Assembly: GCA_021775595.1 (NCBI GenBank)
Contig: JAJFHN010000072.1
Coordinates: 81,728 to 105,727, forward strand
DNA length: 24,000 nucleotides
Reading direction: 5' to 3'
Source of the DNA: Hyphomicrobiales bacterium
GTDB taxonomy: Bacteria; Pseudomonadota; Alphaproteobacteria; Rhizobiales; Methyloligellaceae
The notes under the pieces were generated by a model that saw only the letters and a program-made list of their open reading frames with translations, was not told the DNA's origin and did not search any database. Every line of letters starts with the position of its first letter. The stretch's first letter is position 1. The translations under genes were made by a program, and so were the position numbers. Below, in pieces: positions 16,205 through 24,000 of this stretch.

Positions 16205-16951
16205 ATGGCAGGCCATTCCAAATTTAAAAACATCATGTATCGCAAAGGTGCGCAGGACAAAAAGCGCGCCAAAATGTTCTCCAAGCTGGGGCGCGAGATT
16301 ACGGTGGCAGCTAAGCTTGGTTCCCCCGATCCCGATATGAATCCGCGGCTTCGCACTGCCGTGTTGGCCGCGCGCGCGCAGAACATGCCTAAGGACAATA
16401 TCGAACGGGCTATCAAGAAGAGCCTGGAGGCCGGCGGTGAAAACTATGAGGAAGTCCGATATGAGGGATTTGCCTTAGGTGGCGTTGGCGTCATTGTCGA
16501 AGCACTGACGGACAACCGCAATCGGACAGCCGGAGAAGTTCGCTCGACATTCGCCAAGCACGGCGGGAATCTTGGCGAAACGGGGTCGGTCGCATTCATG
16601 TTCGAGCGGGTCGGATCGGTCGAATTCGATGTATCGGTAAGCTCGGCAGAAGACATGTTCGAGGCGGCGATCGAGGCCGGCGCGGAAGACGTCGAGTCTG
16701 GAGAGGATGGACATACGCTATACTGCGATGCCGATTCGCTTCATCGGGTGGCCGAGGCCCTCGAACAGCGGTTTGGTGAGCCTCGGCAAACGCGCATCAT
16801 CTGGCGTCCGAAAACCAGCACCGATCTGGATGATGTTGAGGGCGAGAAGGTGCTTCGAATGTTGGACGCGCTGGAAGATTCTGACGACGTGCAAAACGTT
16901 TACGCCAATTTTGATGTTTCGGATGACGTGATCGAAAAGTTGAGTGCCTAG
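16205..16951 (+). CDS. yebC: YebC/PmpR family DNA-binding transcriptional regulator
   Basis: [39 protein letters not shown]...[13 protein letters not shown] is the invariant YebC N-terminus, in a 248-aa product. Confidence 0.95.
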   Translation: MAGHSKFKNIMYRKGAQDKKRAKMFSKLGREITVAAKLGSPDPDMNPRLRTAVLAARAQNMPKDNIERAIKKSLEAGGENYEEVRYEGFALGGVGVIVEALTDNRNRTAGEVRSTFAKHGGNLGETGSVAFMFERVGSVEFDVSVSSAEDMFEAAIEAGAEDVESGEDGHTLYCDADSLHRVAEALEQRFGEPRQTRIIWRPKTSTDLDDVEGEKVLRMLDALEDSDDVQNVYANFDVSDDVIEKLSA

Positions 16952-17006
16952 GGCGGGGCAATCGCCACTTCGTTGCGGGCCGCGGGTCCGGCATGGAAGG
17001 CCTCAC

Positions 17007-17534
17007 ATGACGACGCCAGTCCGTATCGTGGGCATTGATCCTGGATTGAGGAACACCGGTTGGGGGGTCATTTCCAGCGAGGCGAACAGGCTGATCTATC
17101 TGGGCAGCGGAACGGTATCTTCGAATAAGAAATTCAGCTTGGCGGAGCGCCTGAAACAGCTCTTTTGCGGACTGAGCAGCGTCCTGGAAGAGTGGCAACC
17201 CGATGAGGCCTCTGTCGAGACAACTTTTGTCAACCGAGACGCCGGCGCAACGCTCAAACTCGGTCAGGCCCGCGGCATGGCGCTGGTGGTGCCGGCTCTC
17301 GCCGGGGTCGCGGTTTATGAATATGCACCGAATCTTGTGAAAAAGACCGTCGTGGGCGCTGGTCATGCTGACAAAGCCCAGATCCGGGCGATGGTTCAGC
17401 ATCTTCTGCCGCGCGCCGAACCAGACACCGAAGACGCCACAGACGCATTGGCATTGGCCATCACCCACGCGCACCATCGTGAGCGCGCCGAACTGGTGGC
17501 TGGGCTTGCCGCCAGAGAGGTCGCTGCACCGTGA
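17007..17534 (+). CDS. ruvC: Crossover junction endodeoxyribonuclease RuvC
   Basis: The product has [17 protein letters not shown] (catalytic Asp), EASVETTFV, and [17 protein letters not shown] 17007 is preceded by GGAAGG. The track start at 16944 overlaps yebC and is unlikely. Confidence 0.92.
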   Translation: MTTPVRIVGIDPGLRNTGWGVISSEANRLIYLGSGTVSSNKKFSLAERLKQLFCGLSSVLEEWQPDEASVETTFVNRDAGATLKLGQARGMALVVPALAGVAVYEYAPNLVKKTVVGAGHADKAQIRAMVQHLLPRAEPDTEDATDALALAITHAHHRERAELVAGLAAREVAAP

Positions 17535-18148
17535 TCGGAAAACTAAAAGGCTTTGTGGATTCGATCGGTGATGACTGGATCATCCTCGATGTCGCTGGCG
17601 TAGGCTATGAGGTTACGTGCTCATCTCGGACACTCACTTCTTTACCCGCAACCGGGCAGCCAGTGACGCTGACAATCGAAACTCACGTCCGCGAAGATCA
17701 CATTCGACTTTTTGGATTTGGCAGTGAGGTCGAACGATCTTGGTTCCGATTGTTGCAAGGGGTTCAGGGCGTGGGTGCGAAGGTCGCTTTGGCGATTTTG
17801 GGAACCCTAAGTCCGCAGGATCTGGCCAATGCCGTTGCACTGCAAGACAAAGCTCAATTCACACAAGCTCCCGGCGTCGGCCCTAAAGTCGCCCAGCGCA
17901 TCGTGAGCGAACTCAAGGACCGCATACCCGCGCTGCTGTCGATTGGTGCAACGGGTCAGTCCATTTCCATCATTGCGACAGCTGAAAACGGCAGCACGGC
18001 GGCGATCGATGCGGTCTCGGCACTGACCAATTTGGGTTACAATTCTTCTGATGCCAGCGCGGCAATCGCCCACGCCGCCGCCAATGCCGGAGACGCGGCC
18101 CAGGCCGAGGATCTGATCCGGCTGGGTCTTAAGGAGTTGTCCCGGTGA
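17531..18148 (+). CDS. ruvA: Holliday junction branch migration complex subunit RuvA
   Basis: [28 protein letters not shown] is followed by the HhH motifs [16 protein letters not shown] and [13 protein letters not shown]. The GTG start overlaps the ruvC stop (GTGA). Confidence 0.94.
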   Translation: MIGKLKGFVDSIGDDWIILDVAGVGYEVTCSSRTLTSLPATGQPVTLTIETHVREDHIRLFGFGSEVERSWFRLLQGVQGVGAKVALAILGTLSPQDLANAVALQDKAQFTQAPGVGPKVAQRIVSELKDRIPALLSIGATGQSISIIATAENGSTAAIDAVSALTNLGYNSSDASAAIAHAAANAGDAAQAEDLIRLGLKELSR

Positions 18149-19191
18149 GCACGCGTGCGGTTCAGCCGATAGAAATCGAAGGCGACAATCAGGAACTGTC
18201 ACTGCGGCCACAGACCCTGAGCGAGTTTATTGGTCAGCGGCGCTCGTGCGACAATCTGAAAGTCTTTATCGACGCAGCGCGCGCGCGCGGCGAGGCGCTC
18301 GACCATACCCTGTTCGTTGGCCCGCCCGGCCTCGGGAAAACGACCCTTGCTCAGATTGTTGCCCGCGAACTCGGGGTCAATTTTCGCGCCACATCGGGTC
18401 CTGTGATCGCCAAGGCCGGCGACCTTGCCGCGCTGCTGACGAATCTGGACGAAAGGGATGTCTTATTTATCGATGAGATTCATCGCTTGAACCCTGCGGT
18501 GGAAGAAATCCTCTATCCCGCCCTGGAGGACTATCAGCTCGATTTGATCATTGGCGAGGGCCCGGCAGCCCGTTCGGTCCGCATCGACATTGCCCACTTC
18601 ACCCTGGTTGGCGCCACCACCAGGTCTGGGCTTTTGACGACGCCATTACGCGATCGCTTTGGAATTCCGATACGGCTTGATTTCTATGGAGAGCCAGAGC
18701 TGGAGGAGATCGTGAAGCGGGGCGCCCGGGTGCTTGGAATTGCCATGAGTTCGGGTGGCGCCACTGAAATCGCGCGGCGCGCCAGAGGCACGCCGAGAAT
18801 TGCCGGGCGCCTTTTGCGCCGGGTGAGGGATTTTGCAACCCACGAGGGCGCCGATCAAATCGACAAAGAAATCGCCGACCGCGCCCTGGTTCAGCTTGAA
18901 GTCGATGTCCGCGGGCTCGATGCCCTCGATCATCGATACCTGCAATGCATTGCCGTCACATTCGGCGGTGGACCAGTCGGCGTCGAAACGCTTTCGGCGA
19001 CGCTCAATGAGCCGCGCGATGCGATAGAGGAAATCATCGAGCCATACTTGCTGCAGCAGGGGCTCGTCAGCCGAACGCCGCGCGGCCGCCTTCTAACAGG
19101 CGAGGCGTACAGGCACTTGGGACTGGACGTGCCCAAGCAGCCTAACAACCAAATCGCCTTGTTCGGTAACGAAGAGAGCGAGCGTGGCTGA
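18145..19191 (+). CDS. ruvB: Holliday junction DNA helicase RuvB
   Basis: The 348-aa product has [12 protein letters not shown], Walker [12 protein letters not shown], Walker [10 protein letters not shown], and sensor and arginine-finger regions. Its start overlaps the ruvA stop. Confidence 0.96.
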   Translation: MSTRAVQPIEIEGDNQELSLRPQTLSEFIGQRRSCDNLKVFIDAARARGEALDHTLFVGPPGLGKTTLAQIVARELGVNFRATSGPVIAKAGDLAALLTNLDERDVLFIDEIHRLNPAVEEILYPALEDYQLDLIIGEGPAARSVRIDIAHFTLVGATTRSGLLTTPLRDRFGIPIRLDFYGEPELEEIVKRGARVLGIAMSSGGATEIARRARGTPRIAGRLLRRVRDFATHEGADQIDKEIADRALVQLEVDVRGLDALDHRYLQCIAVTFGGGPVGVETLSATLNEPRDAIEEIIEPYLLQQGLVSRTPRGRLLTGEAYRHLGLDVPKQPNNQIALFGNEESERG

Positions 19192-19657
19192 CGCCAAGGG
19201 CCCATGGCCCGACATCGCGGGCCGCGTCGATGACGGCCGCCACGTTGTGCCCGTTCGAGTCTATCACGAAGACACCGATTTCTCGGGGCTCGTGTATCAC
19301 GCGAGCTACATCCGATTCTTCGAACGCGGCAGGTCGGACTTCGTCCGCCTGCTGGGCATCGATCACGAAGATCTGATCGCTCCCAAGGACGGAGCCGAGC
19401 CAGCTGCTTTCGTCGTACGCCGCATTGAGATCGATTATCTGAAACCGGCCGCCATTGGCGATGTGTTGGAGGTGGTGAGCGAATGCGAGGAATTAGGCGG
19501 CGCAACGTTGACGATGAAGCAGGAGATCAGACGCGACGATCAAACGATTGTGCGCGCCCGCGTCAAGATCGTGCTTATTACAAAATCGGGAAAACCGCTG
19601 CGAATGGGTGCGCTGATACGGGGCGCATTTGAACGCTTCCTTAACCAAGACAGCTGA
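19184..19657 (+). CDS. ybgC: Tol-Pal-associated acyl-CoA thioesterase (4HBT fold)
   Basis: [35 protein letters not shown] is the YbgC/4HBT catalytic-Asp motif. The GTG start overlaps the end of ruvB by 8 nt. The gene lies immediately upstream of tolQ. Confidence 0.88.
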   Translation: MADAKGPWPDIAGRVDDGRHVVPVRVYHEDTDFSGLVYHASYIRFFERGRSDFVRLLGIDHEDLIAPKDGAEPAAFVVRRIEIDYLKPAAIGDVLEVVSECEELGGATLTMKQEIRRDDQTIVRARVKIVLITKSGKPLRMGALIRGAFERFLNQDS

Positions 19658-19748
19658 CCCTGCAAACAATCCAAATCGTGGAGCATTCACGCTTTGCCGC
19701 TCGGCAGAGTGATCGCATTTTGTCTGGTTAGGGATCAAAAAAGCCATC

Positions 19749-20462
19749 ATGACACCGACAGATATCGAGGTACTGGCACCAGTGAACACGGGGGCGGGCT
19801 TGTCGCTCGTATCGCTTTTCTTCAACGCCCATCTCGTCGTTCAGCTTGTCATTATAGGCTTGGCGCTGGCGTCCGTTTGGAGCTGGGCCATCATTATGGA
19901 AAAGCTGGTCTTGATCGCGAACACGCGCCGCCAATCGGACAGTTTTGAGAAGACATTCTGGTCGGGCCAATCTCTCCAAGAACTCTATCAATCCCTTTCA
20001 CAACGTCCCGACACCGCAATGGCAGGCATATTTGTCGCCGCGATGCGCGAATGGAAACGAAGCGTGGAAGACAGCGCCAAACCGTTGGCGGGCGTTCAAA
20101 TGCGAATTCAGAAAGTGCTGTTCGTCGCCATCAATCGCGAGGTCGGGCAGCTTGAGCGACGCCTGATGTTTCTGGCCACCGTCGGTTCGATCGCGCCTTT
20201 CGTCGGCTTGTTCGGAACGGTTTGGGGCATCATGTCGAGTTTTCAGGCAATTGCAGCCAGCCAAAATACAAATTTGGCGGTGGTCGCGCCAGGCATCGCC
20301 GAGGCCCTATTTGCCACAGCGCTCGGTCTGCTCGCCGCCATCCCGGCAGTGATCTTCTACAACAAATTCACCCATGACGTGTCCCATCACGCCCAGCGCC
20401 TGGAGGGCTTTGCCGACGAATTCTCGGCAATCCTGTCACGTCAGATCGACGCGAAGGGCTAA
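19749..20462 (+). CDS. tolQ: Tol-Pal system protein TolQ
   Basis: The 237-aa product has the MotA/TolQ/ExbB core FVGLFGTVWGIMSSFQAIA...GIAEALFATALGLLAAIPAVIFYNKF and sits in the ybgC-tolQRAB context. Confidence 0.94.
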   Translation: MTPTDIEVLAPVNTGAGLSLVSLFFNAHLVVQLVIIGLALASVWSWAIIMEKLVLIANTRRQSDSFEKTFWSGQSLQELYQSLSQRPDTAMAGIFVAAMREWKRSVEDSAKPLAGVQMRIQKVLFVAINREVGQLERRLMFLATVGSIAPFVGLFGTVWGIMSSFQAIAASQNTNLAVVAPGIAEALFATALGLLAAIPAVIFYNKFTHDVSHHAQRLEGFADEFSAILSRQIDAKG

Positions 20463-20465
20463 CGC

Positions 20466-20909
20466 ATGGCCCCCAACATGAATTTTGGCGAGACCGCCAC
20501 GCGCCGGCGGCGATCGCGCTACCGCCCAATGAGCGAGATCAACGTTACGCCATTCGTTGATGTCATGTTGGTGTTGCTGATCATATTCATGGTCACCGCT
20601 CCGTTGCTAACGGTCGGCGTGCCCGTCGATCTGCCCAAAACCCAGGCCAAGCAGCTCAACGCCCAAAAAGAGCCCCTGGTCGTGTCGGTAAATCGCGATG
20701 GGAAAATCTTTATCCAGGAGCACGGTGTCGAAGCCGATAAGCTTGCACCCAAATTGGTAGCCATCACCAATAATGGCTTCGATCGCCGCATCTTCGTGCG
20801 CGGCGACAAGACAGTGAATTTTGGCGCAATCATGAAAGTGATGGGCGCCATTAACGTGGCCGGCTTCAGGCACATTGCGCTGGTGAGCGAGCAGGAAACC
20901 TCACCGTAG
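20466..20909 (+). CDS. tolR: Tol-Pal system protein TolR (ExbD/TolR family)
   Basis: MSEINVTPFVDVMLVLLIIFMVTAPL carries the conserved TM Asp, followed by the periplasmic ExbD domain. The gene starts 3 nt after the tolQ stop. Confidence 0.93.
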   Translation: MAPNMNFGETATRRRRSRYRPMSEINVTPFVDVMLVLLIIFMVTAPLLTVGVPVDLPKTQAKQLNAQKEPLVVSVNRDGKIFIQEHGVEADKLAPKLVAITNNGFDRRIFVRGDKTVNFGAIMKVMGAINVAGFRHIALVSEQETSP

Positions 20910-20920
20910 GACCGATCTTA

Positions 20921-21751
20921 ATGCGTACCAGTTTGATGATGTCATGCGGATTGCATGCAGCCATAGTGTTGATATCATTCTATTCGCTCCGAATACCGCT
21001 TGGCCTCGAGGTTCCTGAGCCACAACCCATACACGTGGATTTGGCGACGGCAGCCGAACTGACTAAGCTTAAGGCAGGCGCCATGCGCGCCAAACAGGAC
21101 GTACCGGCCAGTGCACCCAAGCGTTCGCCGAAGGCCAAAACTCCAAAACGCAAAGTGAACAAAAAGGCGAAAGCCAAGCCCGTCCGCAAAAAGACTGCCG
21201 CGGTATCATCCAAGCACGAGGCTGAGAAAATCTTGGGCCTCGATCGGGCAAAAAAATCCAAACCTCGACCCAAGCCGACAAAGAAAGTGAAAACGACCAA
21301 GGCCGAGGCCGCTAAATTCGATGCGGATAAGATCGCAGCGCTGCTCAACAAGGTGCCAAAGAATTCCGCAGGCGGACCGTCGGCGCCCATGCCGGTTGCT
21401 CATCCCGAACGTCCTGCGCGCGGACAGGACGATGGCAGCGATTCTGCCATGACGATCAGCGAGATTGACGCGTTGCGCGCCCGCATTGCGCAGTGCTGGA
21501 GTCCGCCTGTTGCAGGACTCGGAGCCGCCTCGACGGCTGTTAAATTGCGGCTCAGATTAAATCCCGACGGAACGTTGACGGGTCAGCCAGAGCTGGTTTC
21601 TGCGAGCGCTTCTCCAATCTTTCGCGCGGCCGCAGACAGCGCGATCCGAGCGGTGTGGCAGTGCCAGCCCTATGTTTTGCCCGCCACGAAATACGCGCTT
21701 TGGCGGGATATGATTCTCAACTTCGACCCGAGAGAAATGATTGGCGGATGA
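20921..21751 (+). CDS. tolA: Cell envelope integrity protein TolA
   Basis: The product has an N-terminal TM anchor ([15 protein letters not shown]) and a long Lys/Ala/Pro-rich linker ([21 protein letters not shown]...). A C-terminal TolA/TonB-like domain follows (IAQCWSPP...[13 protein letters not shown]). It occupies the expected position between tolR and tolB. Confidence 0.85.
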   Translation: MRTSLMMSCGLHAAIVLISFYSLRIPLGLEVPEPQPIHVDLATAAELTKLKAGAMRAKQDVPASAPKRSPKAKTPKRKVNKKAKAKPVRKKTAAVSSKHEAEKILGLDRAKKSKPRPKPTKKVKTTKAEAAKFDADKIAALLNKVPKNSAGGPSAPMPVAHPERPARGQDDGSDSAMTISEIDALRARIAQCWSPPVAGLGAASTAVKLRLRLNPDGTLTGQPELVSASASPIFRAAADSAIRAVWQCQPYVLPATKYALWRDMILNFDPREMIGG

Positions 21752-23109
21752 CTTCGCAAATGCACAGAAATTGGCAGTCATGCAAAAGCTGGACTTTGCG
21801 CGCGGCGGTGTTCGCCACTTTGCTTGCGACCGGCTTGCATTTTTTTCCAACCACGGCATCTGCAGCTGTCGAGATTGATATCACAAAGGGCAACTTGCAG
21901 CCTTTGGCCGTGGCGGTGGCGCCCTTTGGCGGAGCCGGTGAACAAGATTCCAAACTGGGTGCTCAAATCGCCGATGTGGTGACTGCCGACTTGGAGCGGT
22001 CGGGCCTCTTTCGGCCAATCGACAGCGCTGCGTTTCTTCAGAAGTCGATCGACGTTGACGGCGCGCCGCGCTTTGTCGACTGGCGCATGATCAACGCGCA
22101 GGCGTTGCTGGTTGGAAGGGTCGAAAAGCTGAGCGACGGACGCCTGCGGACCGAGTTTAGGTTGTGGGACATTGTCGCCGGCAAGCAGTTGATCGGGCAG
22201 CAGTTCTTCACTCGCCCCGACAACTGGCGCCGGGTGGGCCACATCATCGCGGACGTCGTCTACCAAAGGTTGACGGGTGAAAAGGGTTACTTCGATACGC
22301 GAATTGTCTTCGTGGACGAGTCGGGCCCCAAGAATATCCGCAGGAAGCGCTTGGCGATGATGGATCAGGACGGCCAAAACTTGCAGTTTTTGACGCCGGG
22401 CGGGCCCCTAGTCCTCACACCGCGCTTCAGTCCCACAAGCCAGGAGATAACCTACTTGTCGTATGAGGATCAGCAGCCACGCGTATATCTGCTCAACATC
22501 GAATCGGGGCAGCGCGAGATCATCGGCGACTTTCCGGGAATGTCATTTGCGCCGCGGTTCTCGCCCGACGGTCAAAAAATCATCATGAGCAGGCAGCAAG
22601 GCGGAAACGCCAACATCTATTCGATGGATCTGCAATCGCGCCGCACGATGCGCCTGACCAACACGGCGGCCATCGATACCGCTCCATGCTATTCCCCCGA
22701 TGGGCAAGATATTGTGTTCGAGTCGGATCGATCGGGCAACCAACAGCTGTATGTCATGCGCGCCGATGGCTCCGAGCAGCGCCGCATCAGCCAAGGCGAG
22801 GGCCGGTATTCCACGCCCGTATGGTCGCCGCGCGGAGATCTGATCGCGTTCACAAAACAACTGGGCGGCCAGTTCCTGATAGGCGTCATGCGCCCGGATG
22901 GGTCAGAAGAGCGCATTTTGACCGAGGGCTATCATAATGAGGGTCCGACATGGTCTCCCAATGGTCGGGTATTGATGTTCTTTCGCGAGTCCCCGGGAGA
23001 AGCCGGCGGCCCCAAGCTCTATACGGTTGATTTGACTGGCTACAACGAGCGTCTTGTCGCAACGCCCTCGTTTGGCTCGGATCCCGCCTGGTCTCCGCTG
23101 ATTAACTAA
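21748..23109 (+). CDS. tolB: Tol-Pal system beta-propeller protein TolB
   Basis: The ATG overlaps the tolA stop (ATGA). A signal peptide ends at [22 protein letters not shown], the TolB N-domain, followed by repeated propeller blades ([28 protein letters not shown]). The track start at 21655 lies inside tolA. Confidence 0.93.
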   Translation: MTSQMHRNWQSCKSWTLRAAVFATLLATGLHFFPTTASAAVEIDITKGNLQPLAVAVAPFGGAGEQDSKLGAQIADVVTADLERSGLFRPIDSAAFLQKSIDVDGAPRFVDWRMINAQALLVGRVEKLSDGRLRTEFRLWDIVAGKQLIGQQFFTRPDNWRRVGHIIADVVYQRLTGEKGYFDTRIVFVDESGPKNIRRKRLAMMDQDGQNLQFLTPGGPLVLTPRFSPTSQEITYLSYEDQQPRVYLLNIESGQREIIGDFPGMSFAPRFSPDGQKIIMSRQQGGNANIYSMDLQSRRTMRLTNTAAIDTAPCYSPDGQDIVFESDRSGNQQLYVMRADGSEQRRISQGEGRYSTPVWSPRGDLIAFTKQLGGQFLIGVMRPDGSEERILTEGYHNEGPTWSPNGRVLMFFRESPGEAGGPKLYTVDLTGYNERLVATPSFGSDPAWSPLIN

Positions 23110-23330
23110 TTGTATACCCGAATCGTGGCGAATTCTCTCTTTGTTCCAATGGCTTATCGGTAAATGCGCCAGCGCATCATTGGCATCGAAACGAGGGGTC
23201 AAAACGTGACATTTTGGCACCACGCATCGAGAAAATAGTGACAGAAATGCAGTCCGTTCTTGAATTGGGAGAGCCGCTGCGAGTAGATGCGAAGTCGGCA
23301 CTTGCCGTATTATTTGAAGGAGAGAAGACC

Positions 23331-23489
23331 ATGCAGGGTTTAAAGCGTCTTTTCGCTGCGGTTGCCATTATGGCTGTCGCAGCTGCGCTGGGGGGTTGTC
23401 TCCACGGGCACCATGCCAAACAGGTTACGCATAAGCCGATGAAGCTCGGCGCTGCGGACACCGTGATTGAGCAGGTTGTGCGCGTCTAA
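23331..23489 (+). CDS. Small predicted lipoprotein (52 aa precursor) with a His-rich mature N-terminus
   Basis: GAAGGAGAG lies 6 nt upstream of ATG 23331. The product begins MQGLKRLFAAVAIMAVAAALGG-C, a signal peptide with lipobox LGGC, followed by LHGHHAKQVTHKPMKLGAADTVIEQVVRV. The track ORF from 23214 would add 39 residues ahead of the signal peptide and has no SD. Confidence 0.55.
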   Translation: MQGLKRLFAAVAIMAVAAALGGCLHGHHAKQVTHKPMKLGAADTVIEQVVRV

Positions 23490-23709
23490 TTTAGACGGGG
23501 AGTTCAAACGGGGCTCTTTTGGAGGGGAAACCTTTCAATGATGGATAGCTGGATGCCGTGACGCTTGCGCAAACGCAAAAGCGTCCACGGCGTTCCAGCG
23601 CCGTCCATTCAACTACCGGACATCTGTACACGCCGCATCCACTAAGACTGCGTTAAGGATTCGCTCCTACGCTTCGGATTGGGGATTGTGTGTATAGGAG
23701 TTCTGCGTC

Positions 23710-24000
23710 ATGCGGCGCGTCGGTGGCTGGACCCATTACGGGTTCGTGGCAGGAGCAATTCTGCTTGCAGCGGCAAGTGCCGGCTGCGCAAAGAAACCTC
23801 AACATCAAGATGCTCAGCGACTTGCAGGTCGTGCGGACGCATCGGCTGAGCCAGGATCGCCGCGCGATTTTTCCGTGAATGTCGGCGATCGGGTGCATTT
23901 CATGACCGACAGCGCCGAACTCAACGCCGATGCGCGCGTCGTGCTAAATGGCCAAGCTCAGTGGTTGCACAATTATCCAAGCTACAACATCACCGTCGAG
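23710..24000 (+). CDS. pal: Peptidoglycan-associated lipoprotein Pal, N-terminal part (runs off the right edge)
   Basis: ATG 23710 opens a frame that stays open to position 24000, so it is absent from the ORF track. The product is MRRVGGWTHYGFVAGAILLAAASAGC (lipobox) ...DFSVNVGDRVHFMTDSAELNADARVVLNGQAQWLHNYPSYNITVE, the start of the Pal OmpA-like domain. It lies downstream of tolB. Confidence 0.85.
   Translation, partial: MRRVGGWTHYGFVAGAILLAAASAGCAKKPQHQDAQRLAGRADASAEPGSPRDFSVNVGDRVHFMTDSAELNADARVVLNGQAQWLHNYPSYNITVE

Noticed and set aside
21655-21747. The upstream start for tolB inside tolA (track ORF start 21655).
   Set aside because: An ATG at 21748 overlaps the tolA stop (ATGA) and leads straight into a signal peptide. 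The upstream 31 codons are the alternative frame of the tolA C-terminal domain.
23556-23590. A long imperfect hairpin (CCGTGACGCTTGCG-caaa-CGCAA(aa)GCGT(c)CACGG) downstream of the small lipoprotein ORF, considered as a terminator.
   Set aside because: No U-tract follows it, and pal must still be expressed downstream. It could be an RNA stability or processing element, but I cannot support a terminator call.
1-24000. Whole-window search for CRISPR arrays, IS elements or transposases, integrases, prophage genes, toxin-antitoxin pairs, tRNA/rRNA genes and large direct or inverted repeats.
   Set aside because: I found none by eye. The only repeats noted are the GTTAAG triplet at 1705-1723 and short palindromes. 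Composition is uniform apart from the AT-rich spacer at about 1600-1720, so the window reads as core chromosome rather than an accessory island.

Overview
This window looks like core chromosome from a moderately GC-rich alphaproteobacterium; gene content and synteny resemble Hyphomicrobiales/Rhizobiales. I call 32 protein-coding genes. I saw no tRNA, rRNA, CRISPR array, transposase, integrase or phage gene. Left to right: a DUF1013/TrcR-like gene start, quinone oxidoreductase, DUF1192, an AT-rich TTAAC-dense spacer holding a structured terminator-ended sRNA candidate, rcdA, rpmE, an ABCB-type exporter and mscL. Next comes a tightly coupled MotA-like/MotB-like pair with coiled-coil extensions, then suhB-like IMPase, efp, and a Sel1 / ThiE-like / class I aldolase operon followed by gap. 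Then come DUF4164(ZauP-like)-zapA, a 6S RNA candidate, 5-formyl-THF cyclo-ligase, a YmdB-like phosphoesterase, a small orphan protein and yebC. The window ends with an almost gap-free ruvCAB-ybgC-tolQRAB block, a tiny His-rich lipoprotein and the start of pal. The best candidate for an uncharacterised system is the orphan MotA/MotB-type pair at 5334-7387, which sits in the same window as the canonical TolQR motor and has no flagellar, TonB or defence partners. Other items absent from the ORF track are the 6S RNA, the sRNA candidate with anti-SD motifs, the 52-aa lipoprotein between tolB and pal, and the pal gene itself, whose frame runs open off the window end. All calls come from reading the translated ORFs and the nucleotide sequence by eye. 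No database search was run.
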